A stretch of 64,000 nucleotides of DNA from Cyanophora paradoxa CCMP329 (taxonomy: Eukaryota; Plantae; Glaucophyta). Below, one piece after another: positions 1-9,849 of the stretch. The notes below the pieces were generated by a model, which worked only from the letters and a program-made list of their open reading frames with translations, had not been told where the DNA came from and did not search any database. The position numbers were made by a program, and so were the translations under genes. Within the stretch, counting starts at the first letter, position 1. Every line of letters starts with the position of its first letter. The DNA lies in contig QPMI01000601.1 in NCBI GenBank assembly GCA_004431415.1, positions 186,001 to 250,000 of the forward strand, written 5' to 3'.

Positions 1-853
1 TAATGGGATTTACAAGATGATAAGTTTTATTGATATATTGAGTCGGAAGGCTTTTGTGTATCCGTTTAAGAAAAATGAAGAAATCCGTAATATTTTGAAT
101 AAGTTTAAGGTTGAGGCAGGTAAGGTTAATGGATTGGCGGGAGATCATGAGTTTAGCAGTGCGATGTATAAAGAATGGTGTGATGCTAACGGTGTGAGAT
201 TATATACAGATGTGGCGAAAGATGACCATGTAACCGTTGGAAATAAGTTAGGAATTATTGACAGATTCACACGGACATTTAAGCAATATTTGAGGAAGGC
301 GATGACATCAAAGGGAACCACAAAATGGATAGATTTAATAGGTGAAGTTCTTTCGATTTACAATGGTTCACCTCATAGTTCCTTAAAAGATGATTCACCC
401 AATGCAGTATTTGCAAGTGATCAGAAACAGCTTTTTATACATCTACGTGATGTTGTGCATAACAAGCATGTGCAAGAGAAGGAAAAGAAGGATACAGTAA
501 AACCGGGTGATACTGTGCGAGTGTTGGAAGGTAAAAAAAGTGCGTTTGAGAAAGAAGGCGCGCGATTCAGTCAGAAGGTCTATAAAGTCGGAAGATCTGA
601 CGGGAATAGGTTTAAGGTGTTGGAGGATATGGACGGAGACGAGAAGGAGGTAAAGAGGCGCTTTAAGAAGCAAGAGTTACAGAAGGTGAGCGTGAAAGAT
701 GTAATTAAGATACCGTCGCAAAAACGAATAGAACGAGTAAAAAAGGTAAATGCTGTGAATCAGAAGATGAAGAAGGAAGGGATTAAACCGAATCGAAAAG
801 TAACCGTGAGGAAGAAGTATAATTTAAGAAGTAGTGCAAAGGGTGTAATGTGA
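1..853 (+). CDS. rve-family integrase of Polinton/Maverick/virophage type (probably 5'-partial)
   Basis: Intronless AT-rich ORF with FIDILSRKA (D1), LAGDHEF (D2), GIIDRFTRTFK (third acidic residue), KWIDLIGEVLSIYNGSPHSSL and the C-terminal VKPGDTVRV...FEKEG..FS..VYKV motif typical of Polinton integrases; basic tail. Confidence 0.85.
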   Translation, partial: NGIYKMISFIDILSRKAFVYPFKKNEEIRNILNKFKVEAGKVNGLAGDHEFSSAMYKEWCDANGVRLYTDVAKDDHVTVGNKLGIIDRFTRTFKQYLRKAMTSKGTTKWIDLIGEVLSIYNGSPHSSLKDDSPNAVFASDQKQLFIHLRDVVHNKHVQEKEKKDTVKPGDTVRVLEGKKSAFEKEGARFSQKVYKVGRSDGNRFKVLEDMDGDEKEVKRRFKKQELQKVSVKDVIKIPSQKRIERVKKVNAVNQKMKKEGIKPNRKVTVRKKYNLRSSAKGVM

Positions 854-926
854 ATCAATCGGAGATGTGGAAGTGTAACGGGTGTAACTGTGAATGGTTT
901 AGTGGTTGTTGTTTTTTATGGATTCA

Positions 927-1062
927 ATCGATTAAATGGGTATTTCATCGATTGTCCGATGGTGAATTGTCGGGAATCTCTCGATTGTTGTAGGTTTCAT
1001 CGGGAATCTCTCGATTAAATGGGTTTATTGGGTGGTGATATTTTCCGATTGTCGGGAATCGT
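927..1062. repeat. Subterminal short direct repeats (TCGGGAATCTCTCGATT x2, TCGGGAATC x3, TCGATTAAATGGGT x2)
   Basis: Read directly downstream of the integrase stop. Confidence 0.75.
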
Positions 1063-1139
1063 AAAGTTGTTACTGAATGTCGTAAATAAAAGGCGCTAAA
1101 ATTTGGGTGTAATGCGCATATGTCATGTGTAGCGCTAGC

Positions 1140-1396
1140 AGCACCGCGCGCGATGCTGACCATGACCAATCTGAAATTCGAAACGACCTCTCAGAGTCTC
1201 GACATTTTAGAAGCCCGCGGAAACAGCTGGCAGTTACGGCGCGTAGCGCCTGAAAACACGGCGAAATCTGGGTCGTTTTAGGTCGTTTTTCGCGTATACG
1301 AAAACGTACCCCCTGCTCACTACAGTGACTGAGTGAGTGGGACGCAAAAAGCTCACTCACAAAGTGAGCCCGCGGACCTCACTGGGCGCAGCCCTA
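1140..1396. mobile_element. Right end of a hAT-like element
   Basis: Ends ...CTCACTGGGCGCAGCCCTA (reverse complement TAGGGCTG..., the same start as the TSD-confirmed hAT at 61139). Multiple CTCAC/GTGAG subterminal motifs at 1316-1385. No partner end in the window. Confidence 0.55.
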
Positions 1397-2988
1397 GATA
1401 CGATCAACATCTGACTCAGTGAGGGAATTCGAAGCACATGTCCATCACTAACAAGCGCAGGACAGAACTGATCATGAACAAGATAAATCACAGGAAGCAG
1501 ACAGGTAAGCGGAACAACAAGACGACGTCGACGTGCACGTGGAGGCTGAGGCGAAACTTTTGAAACAGGCCTAGGACGATGCGAATCGAAAGGGCAGAAT
1601 TCGAACTACGGCACGAGCGCGAGGAGGACACAGAAGACGGATCAGGCGGATCAAGAGCAGGCCAGGCCTAGATCAAAGGAATCACTAAAGCCGGTCGGGG
1701 TCGACGTCGAGGCGGGCAGTCACGTTGCACACTGAGTCGAACTGCAAACGACGGCGAACGCGAACGACGTCGACAGGTCGAATACGAGGACTAGCGCTGG
1801 AATGAATTCTATAGCTAGCTATAGCATCAACACGTGCACTACGATCAGAATCCGAACCAGACCGAACTAAACTACAAGACGGAGAACTCGGAACGCCGGC
1901 GCCGGCGTCGGCGGGATACCGTAGTACGACCAGCGAAGCAGAATTCGAAGATGAAGCCAGCTGCAGATCTAGATCATAGGCGGCAGCTCGCGATCGGTAC
2001 CAAGGACAAGGACCGGATCCGGATCCGGAGGGCCGGGCCCGGCCCGGCAAACCGCCGGAGGGAACCAGAAGGAGATGCAGGCTCGGCAAGCCAGCGACGG
2101 GTGCGACCCCGAGTCCGGGAAGAGATCGGGAAAGAGGGAACCGGAGCTGAGGGCCCGGGAGCAGGGCCGGGCCCGGCCGCGGGGCCAGGAGATCTAGAAG
2201 GCAAGCCCGGCGAGAAATCTGACCCGGAACCGGAACCCAGCGAACGGTGACGACGAAGAGGCCCCCGGGGAGTCAAGACGGGGGAGCTCCGAGCTACGGT
2301 TCGCGAGCAAAGCACTGACAGCCGGCGCCGATCGCGAGCTCGAGCACGTGCACGGCGGAGGAAGTACCCCGCAGACAGGGGCAGGCAGAGAGTCCAGGGT
2401 CGAGCCAGAGCCTCGCGATCGGAGACCCGGCCCGACGACGGGAACGCAGCGGAGGCCTACGGGAAGGAAGAGGCGAGGAGAGAGCCGATCGCGAGGAGGG
2501 GCCGGAGGTCATGATCAGGGATCCGGATCCGGAAGGGCCACGAACAGGTAATGGAGATCGCGCGCTGCCGGCGCCGCGGCCGAAGAGAGGGCAGCGAAGC
2601 AGGAGGAAGGGCGGGTGACGCCGGGCGCCGGAACAGACGACACGGGGGCCCTGGGCGGTGCAGAGAGATCTAGAGACGAGCTCGAGCTCGAAGGCGCAAG
2701 GGCCCGATCGCGACGAGGGCGCCGGCGGCGAATCTCACGAGCGCCAGGAAGCGGGACAGGACCCGCAGATGCATATGAGACCCGAGGCGCCGATCGCGAA
2801 GGGAGAGCAGGGAGCCGGAATATTAATGACGGAGAGACCGAAAAGAGGACAGTCTCACCAACACTCGGTTGTGGGGCAGAGGCCGTTTCACAAGTTTGCC
2901 TAGCTAATTATAACTTAGAGGATTTTGCAAACGTCAGGGTACCGGTACCGGTAGACTCGGCAACGGCAGCAAACAGCATGTATATAAA

Positions 2989-4335
2989 GAGCCACTGACT
3001 TGCCGCGCGCGTCAGTTGGGTCCGGGGAAGGGAATTTAATCATGTGAACGGGACTGTTGCACTGCAGTGGCTTGGCATTCACAGCGCGCACAAGACTCGC
3101 ACAAAATGGGCGGGGGGGCTGCAGTTTGGCAGCCCCGTGCGGGACTGCACTGGACGTTCGCACCGGCCGCCGCTTGCAGCTGCTTGTCCGTGCAGCGATT
3201 GCAGCCGCGCCGCGAGGCGAGGTTGTGACTGCCAGCAGGCGGAATCGATCCCGCAGCAGCCGGCTGCCCGTGCTCTGCGATTGAGCGCTGTGAGCTCGTA
3301 TCGCAAGTCGAGCACTTGGTGCGCCTCGCGGACCGACGTGTACAGTCGCCGAGGCGGCGGCCGCGGGTTCCGCGCGCGCAGCGATGCTCTGCGGCTCCGG
3401 CTCATCTGCGACAGCGTATACGCGCATCGAAAAGGTAAGTTTCGAAGGCTTCGAAAGCATAATGACCGCGTACCACGTGAGCGGTTCTTTGCACAGGATG
3501 CAGTTGCGTGGTGTGCCACAACTTTCGCCGGTCCGAAGCGCACGAAGTGGGCAGCGCAGAGGTCACAGCCCCACACGTCTTTGCTGCCGGTGGCTTTGCT
3601 CTTCTGCTGACAGTCCCCGCACTCAGGCCGCTCGCTGAACGCGTGGGCGCCGCTGGTCGAGCTGCGGGTTCCTCCAGGGCGACCTACGCTGGCTGCAGGC
3701 GCGGGGGCGCGACATCCTGGCACATGACTGTACAGCGCGTCCCTCGTGCAGAAGTGCTGGGCGCAGTGCAGGCACTTGCCGCCGTATTGGCGCCGAGACC
3801 CGCCACAGCCCGGCAGGCCGCAGGGCTGGCTCGCTGGCTCGATGTCGACTCCGATAGCAATGTCCGCGGGGGGCGCCGATCCCCGCGGACGGCCAGACCG
3901 TGGGAGGCTCATCGGCGGGCCAGCGCGGGAGATGTATCGGGTACGTCAAAAAGACTTTTGCAGGGTAAGTTAACGCACTCTCCAATGCGATTGGCTAGCG
4001 CGCGGGGCGTCCTCCTACACGACCGCGCTCGCGCCCGGCCTCGCTCCCGCTGCACAGAATGTCGGGCATGATGCAAGCATTGACCACGAACTGGTCTGGC
4101 CCGTATATCTGCTCCCTGTGCGTCGCTGGACCCATTTTTGTCCCGGGTGTTGGTGCCTGTTCCTGGATCACCCTTTGGTCGGACGGGACCGGGAGACACG
4201 GTTTCGGGGTCCCCTGGGGATGCGCTTTCAGGACGTACCGCGCGGCCCGGGTTTTGCGGAGGTCGGGGAAATGGGATTTGGGGTAGGGTTGGGCCCGAGG
4301 GACAGGGACAGGGGAAGTGATTTTCCCTTCCCCAA
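2989..4335 (-). mobile_element. Non-autonomous Helitron2/Helentron-like element, copy A
   Basis: On the minus strand it starts TT-GGGGAAGGG, which folds with CTTCCCC (5' hairpin). The 3' end has the complementary CCCTTCCCC (3024-3032), an ACTGAC..GTCAGT hairpin, then TTTAT. No TSD. Shares ~386 bp (3948-4333) and ~53 bp (2989-3041) with copy B. Confidence 0.7.
3079..3912 (-). CDS. Cys/His-rich zinc-finger-like cargo ORF inside Helitron2-like copy A
   Basis: CGLPGC-x10-CLHC-x4-C-x7-H-x3-C (AN1-like spacing) and CGDC...CDLC..H...C. The ATG lies 36 bp after the shared 5' block. The C-terminal half is uncertain and may be frameshifted. Confidence 0.45.
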   Translation of the reverse strand: MSLPRSGRPRGSAPPADIAIGVDIEPASQPCGLPGCGGSRRQYGGKCLHCAQHFCTRDALYSHVPGCRAPAPAASVGRPGGTRSSTSGAHAFSERPECGDCQQKSKATGSKDVWGCDLCAAHFVRFGPAKVVAHHATASCAKNRSRGTRSLCFRSLRNLPFRCAYTLSQMSRSRRASLRARNPRPPPRRLYTSVREAHQVLDLRYELTALNRRARAAGCCGIDSACWQSQPRLAARLQSLHGQAAASGGRCERPVQSRTGLPNCSPPAHFVRVLCAL

Positions 4336-4505
4336 TAACACTGTGACAGTAAACAGCAACTCGCCGAGTCGCGATCGTGAGTCGTGAATCCCCGACTCGC
4401 GTGATCAGCCTGCAGCTGCAGCTGGCAGCAATTGCAAGCTGTTTTGGGCGAGCAACTATATATAATCTGTCAATTGCAATAGGACTGATCATCGGATCAT
4501 GAACT

Positions 4506-4651
4506 GATCGTGTCCCTTCTCGTGATCCCTCTTGATTCTGTATTTTGTGCTAGTTTACTGTATCTTTGATTTTATGATGCCTTTGTTAACGTTGTCTTTA
4601 ATATCACTACCTACGGCGGGTTCGCCCCACCGTAGTCTCTCAAAAAAAAAA
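4506..4651 (+). mobile_element. 5'-truncated non-LTR retrotransposon/SINE 3' end
   Basis: T-rich UTR, stem-loop CTACGGCGGG-TTCG-CCCCACCGTAG, A10 tail (4642-4651), and a perfect 11-bp TSD GATCATGAACT at 4495-4505 and 4652-4662. Confidence 0.85.
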
Positions 4652-5153
4652 GATCATGAACTACGTACTACTAATGCAGCACTTGTACATGTGCACGTGT
4701 ACTACATCGATCGCGAGAGTCTTTACAGTTAACGTTTCTCTAGATCTCTTGCAATTGATGGCCACCGGACCAGTACCGGCCGCGGTTAATCTAATCTAGA
4801 GGTACACTCGCAAATGAATAAAATTGAACTAGCTATAGAATTCGAAGTCATGCATATGGTAGCATGCACACGCTGCGCATGTAGTGTTCACTATTACTAA
4901 TTACAATACTAGTACTAGTTGCCACAGTGCATATATATATACGAACCGTAGTACGACGCAATAAAGACGTCTGCATGGGTGTCTAAAGGCCGGCGCGATA
5001 TTAAGTTCGCACTGCCACGGCCAGACCTGAAAGGATATCGATGCACTAGTACTGGTACTAGCTGCAACTAAACCGAACTTCGGAATACAACGACCAGCTG
5101 CTCGGTCCAGCCTGGCAGGCTCAAATCTAGATCTTGACGTCGACGTGCCCGTT

Positions 5154-8100
5154 CTACAGATTCGATGCCGACCCGACGGGTACAGGAGACAGCCGGCCAT
5201 TGAGGTCCGACACGACGGAAACGTACTGTACCCCGTACGGAGCGTCCTTTGAGGGGTCCTGCGGACGATTAGAGGCACAGGGGTACGGGTGCCGATCTGT
5301 TTGGCGTACGGGGATGAAGGCGCCGGCGGGGTTGGGATCGACCTTGGCGGGGGCAGGGGCGGGCTCGGGCTTGGGCGGCGCGGCCGGCTTGCAATTGGCC
5401 GGGGCGGGCCAGTCCAGGATGTATCTGCGGAGACTCGGCTCCTCTCCAGGGCGGGGAGAGGAGGGGAGGGGGGGGGGGAGATAGAGAGAGACAGGAGGGA
5501 AAAAAGAGGGGGAGAGGACGTAGAAGCGCACCTCAGCCCGAGGCCCAGGAAGCAGATGACGGCGCCGGCCTCGGTCCAGAAGAAGCCACACCTGCGGGGA
5601 TTCGATCGCGAACCAGCAAACGCGATCGAAGTTCGCAACGGGCGCACCAGTCCACCAGGCAGCCGATGCGGGGGTTGCCAGGCTGCAGGCGGATCGGATA
5701 ATCGTATGCATGACAGTCAGCCTCGGCTCCGGCGCGGGTAAACCCACCGCCGGGAATCGAACCTGGGAGTTGCGGAAGCCGGGGAGCGCGAAGATCATGG
5801 CCGACCAGATGGCGAGGAAGGGGGGCTGGACCTGCGGGGGGCACCCGCGGCCGCGTCGGGGGCGATCGCGAGGCCGGGGCTAAGATTGGGTTCGCATTCG
5901 TTCAAGCAAAACGTGTGCACCTCGCGCTTCTTCCAGACGACGATGGAGAAGTAGGTCAGGAACTCGACGCACAGGATGAGCAGCATCGCCGTCAGCACGA
6001 AGAAGGGGTACACCTGCGCGGGTCGGGGATCGCGAGGGGACCGGAGGAGGCGGCGCGCCGGAAGGGAGGGGTGGATGCGCGGGCACGAGGAAGATGCCGG
6101 GGCGGTCGAAGAGGATGGGGATGATGAGGGTGTGGGACGTCTGCGGCGGGAAGGCGACCGTGGGCGTGGGCCTAGGCCTCGAGCCGGGGGAAGGCAGGGG
6201 AGGCGGCGGGCTCGAGCTCACGGGGTCCGGGTCCACCGGGTTCAGCTTCCGGTCCCCGGGGTTCTGCCGCCGCCCCTCGCGATCGCGAGGGCGGGGCGGG
6301 GCGGGGCGGGGGGATCCCGGAGGGGAAGAGGGGTGCGGGTGCGGGAAGGCGCACGACGGTGAAGACGGAGTTGTCGGCCGTGTCCACCTGCACCCCCACG
6401 AAGAGCTGCGCGCCGGGAGCGGCGCTCGTGATCAGAGCACGTTGACGTCGACGGCGCCGCGCGCAGGTGCGCGTGGCCGGGCTGTTAAAATTCCAGCGTT
6501 CCGTCCGACGTGTACGCACGTCATCAATGTCGGTGCCGCCGCTCGCCGCTGCAGAGAGGGCGGCCTCCCTCCGGGTCAGTCGACGTCGCTGTGGCTGCAG
6601 GGAACAGAGAGAGCCGGGGCGAATTTGAGCGCGCACCTCCGTAGGCCGCGATGATGAGGTCGACCGTGTACGAGTCGATCTGAGGCGCGCGGTTCGAGTC
6701 CGAGCGAGAAAGAGAGAGAGAGAGAGCGCGGCGGCGCACAGGGTACTTCAGAGGGTGCTGGTGGTGGAGAAAGCGAAGGGCCGGGGGAGGGGTAAGCGCA
6801 GTTAGAGCGTGTTCAGGAACACGCAATCGCAATAAACGAATCGCGTACCCCTTCGACGGGCTGGGTGCGGCGTGGGTGAGAGAGGCCAATACTTTAGAGA
6901 CGCAGCAGGGGGGGGCAAGCGCAGGCGGGCCGGGGCTACAGCGAGCTGCAGCCACCAGGGGCGGCGCACGACTGTGATGGGGAAGTCGGTTGCGATCTGG
7001 TTCGGGGCGAACGCGCGGTTCGTCTGACCGATGAGGAGGGAGAAAGGCTTGCGAGGCAGGGAGTCATGCATATGATCAGCTGCAGCAAGCGCCGGGGGGG
7101 GGGGTACGGCGGGGGGTACCTTTTTGACGACGTTGCCCGAGCCGAGCGCCAGGTTCTTATCGGCTTTCGACGCCGCCAGGATGGCCGCCCGCTCCGCCTG
7201 CGGCGAAAGCTGAAGTCAGAGGGGGGTGGGCGATGGGGCCACAGGGGTACGCATACCGTGTACTTGTCGCCGGTAAGGAAAGTCGTAATCAGGAAGTCCC
7301 TGGGGGGTGCGGGTCAAGGGAAGCGGTAACGGAGGAAACGGAGCGTTAGTCTTGATCATGAGCACCAAATGTTGGTGACGAAGACCTGAGGGGTGTCAGC
7401 GGGCCGGGGCGCGCGGCGGGGGGTCGAATCGCGAGGCGGGGGCACCTGCATTGTGGCCGTGTTGCTGTTGGGCTGCACATCCACGACCTGCGCGCACGAC
7501 GACGTTTAATTTGATCTCGCGCAGGAGGCCGGAGGAGTTCGAGGGCGCGCGGGTCGGACCTGGATCGAAAGGAGCGCAGAAGGGAGGATCGAAGTGTCCT
7601 CCGGGTTCTGGAACCAGGCACCCAGGATCTTGAGGAGCTCATCCTCGCTCGGATAGACTGCGAGGCGACTCGACGGGGTTGGCCCAGGCCAAGGAGCCGC
7701 CCATGCATATGGCTGCAGCTGTGGGCGGCAGGGCAGGGGCGCACGGCGGTAGCGCTTGTCCGACGAGGGCGGGGAGAGCGTCTGCATAAACCTCACCACG
7801 CCTGCGGCGACGGCGAGCGTCCGACGGTCAGTCACGATTACCGGCCTGAACTCTCCGCAGAACACCCAACGGCTGTCGCTTCGGAACAAGATAAGGTGCG
7901 CATGCGGATCCCCGGCCCGCGCGCGGGCGGCGATATTTGCCCGCAGCTTCTCAGCCTCCCTAGGCGGGCAGTACGCGCTCCGGCGGTCCCAGGCGCAGCC
8001 TAGTTACAGCTCACGGAGGGGCGGCGCCGCCATCCGCACGATTGGGTCCCCCGGGGCCCGCGGCCGGCCGGCCGCGCGCGGCCGCGGGCCCGCGCCGGCC

Positions 8101-8337
8101 CCGCGGCAGCTCGGTCGGGCCGGCGGCTCTAAACTCGCTCACCTGTGATGTAGAAAGAGATGAACACTGCGCGGTGGTCGGCGGGCGGCTCGCGTGCGCA
8201 GGGGGCGGTCGGGCTTCGAGTTCGGAGCCCGAGCTCGAGCTCGAGCGCCAGCGCGCGTGCGCACCAGCGACGGCGAGAACGACCACGCCCCATAGCTCCG
8301 CCGACTCCACCGTCTTCCCGAACAACCGCGCCTTCAT
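5154..8337 (-). CDS. Multi-exon membrane protein of unknown function
   Basis: Exon peptides MKARLFGKTVESAELWGVVVLAVA, EDELLKILGAWFQNPEDTSILP, YPFFVLTAMLLILCVEFLTYFSIVVWKKR and CGFFWTEAGAVICFLGLGL, separated by typical short introns. Confidence 0.55.
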
Positions 8338-8432
8338 CTTCGCGCGCGCGTGCAATTGCTCCGGCGCCCGGCAACCTTCCACCTTCGCCAGGCTGAGGTA
8401 TATACCCAGGCTGGGCCTGTTCCCCCTACTTT

Positions 8433-9712
8433 TTGGGGAAGGGTAAAACACTTCCCCTGTCCCTGTCCCTTGGGCCCAACCCTAACCCAAATCCCATTTC
8501 CCCGACCTTCGCAAAACCGGGGCCGCGCGGTACATCCTGAAAGCGCATCCCCAGGGGACCCCGAAACCATGTCTCCCGGTCCCGTCCGACCAAAGGGTGA
8601 TCCAGGAACAGGTACCAACACCCGGGACAAAAATGGGTCCAGCGACGCACAGGGAGCAGATATACGGGCCAGACCAGTTCGAGGTCGTTGCGCGCATCAT
8701 GTTTGACATTCCGTACTGCAAGAGCGAGGCCGGGCGCGAACGCGGTCGCGTGGGAGGACGCCGCGCGCGCTAGCCAATCACATTGGAGAGTGCGTTAACT
8801 TACCCTGCAAAAGTCTTTTTACGGTCTCCCCCGGCCACTTTCTCCCCCCACGCTTTCTCCCCCGGGCGCCGCAGCTCGGCTCGGCTCAACAATGGTTACG
8901 CCTCTCTCGCGCGCGGCAGTTTGCTGTGGCTCAGCGGCTAGCCGCGCCAGCCGCGCACGCTTCACCCGCGCCAACCGCGCCCCGACGCAATTGCACAAGC
9001 CGGCCGCAAGCCGACCGCACTTGGCCGGCTATGCCACTTGCAACAAGCCGACGCCCGCGGCCGCGCGGCGCGCGCGCCGCGCGACGCAGAGCCCCCGCGC
9101 GCGCGCGATGCGCATGCCTAGGCCTGCTGCAGCCGGCACCGCTGATCATGATCATGAGCTGGCCCGCTGCGCAGCTTTCTGAGCGGAACGTGAGCTTGAG
9201 CAGCGTCCCCGCGCCCGCGCCCAGATCGCGCGGAGGCCTAGGCCAGCCCCTAGCTATATATATAGCCACGCCGTGACGCACGTGCACCCGCAGCACATGC
9301 GCACTCGTGCACCCGCCACGCCTCACGCGCGCGACGGCCGCGGGGCATGCGCAGCCTGGCAGGAGCTCGAGCACGTCCATGCATATGGCCAGACAAGCTT
9401 AAGGTTCCCTCCCCCTTCCCAAGGCCCGCGCCTTACATAGCTATAGCTAGCTCGCTAGGCCCTGATCATGAGGCCTACCTCTAAGAGGACAGCTCGCCTC
9501 GATCGCGAGGACAGCCGCTGAGCTCGCCTGGCATGGCCAGCCTCGGCCGGAGCCGGCCCGGCGGCTCGCCTGGCCACCGCGCGCGCGCCTTCTTAAGCTT
9601 AAGCTTAATTATATAAGTCCCTGCAGCTGCCCTCTGCATCTAGATCTTGGATTCGCCGAGGTTAAATGCCCTTCCCCGGACCCAACTGACGCGCGCGGCA
9701 AGTCAGTGGCCC
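8433..9712 (+). mobile_element. Non-autonomous Helitron2/Helentron-like element, copy B
   Basis: 5' end TT-GGGGAAGGGTAAAACACTTCCCC (8435 onward); 3' CCCTTCCCC (9669-9677), hairpin, then TTTAT. The internal 8821-9660 segment is unrelated to copy A. Confidence 0.7.
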
Positions 9713-9849
9713 TTTATTTTACTTCGCGATCGAACTCGAATTTCGTATTCGAAATTTCGAATCGCCAGCGCCAGCGCGGCCGTGGGCGCGGCGCCGGTAC
9801 TGCTATTGGGGCGCTAGCACTCGGCGGTCGCCTGCTATTCGTTTCAGAT

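Larger units (their letters stand above)
1..1125 (+). mobile_element. Right part of an AT-rich Polinton-like/endogenous virophage-like element
   Basis: Abrupt AT-rich to GC-rich switch at ~1130, integrase gene, and subterminal short repeats. The exact terminus and TSD cannot be determined because the other end is outside the window. Confidence 0.6.

Noticed and set aside
927-1062. CRISPR-like array
   Set aside because: Only 2-3 irregular short repeats, no regular spacers or cas genes, and a eukaryotic context.
2989-9712. A single 6.7-kb TIR transposon (Harbinger/MULE/Sola) defined by the 53-bp inverted ends
   Set aside because: The flanks (TAAA / TTTA) are reverse complements, not a TSD. 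The inner 386-bp inverted pair and the asymmetric repeats are better explained by two opposed Helitron2-like copies.
2989-9712. Fanzor/TnpB or RepHel coding sequence in the Helitron2-like elements
   Set aside because: No RuvC, HUH or helicase motifs are recognisable in either cargo.
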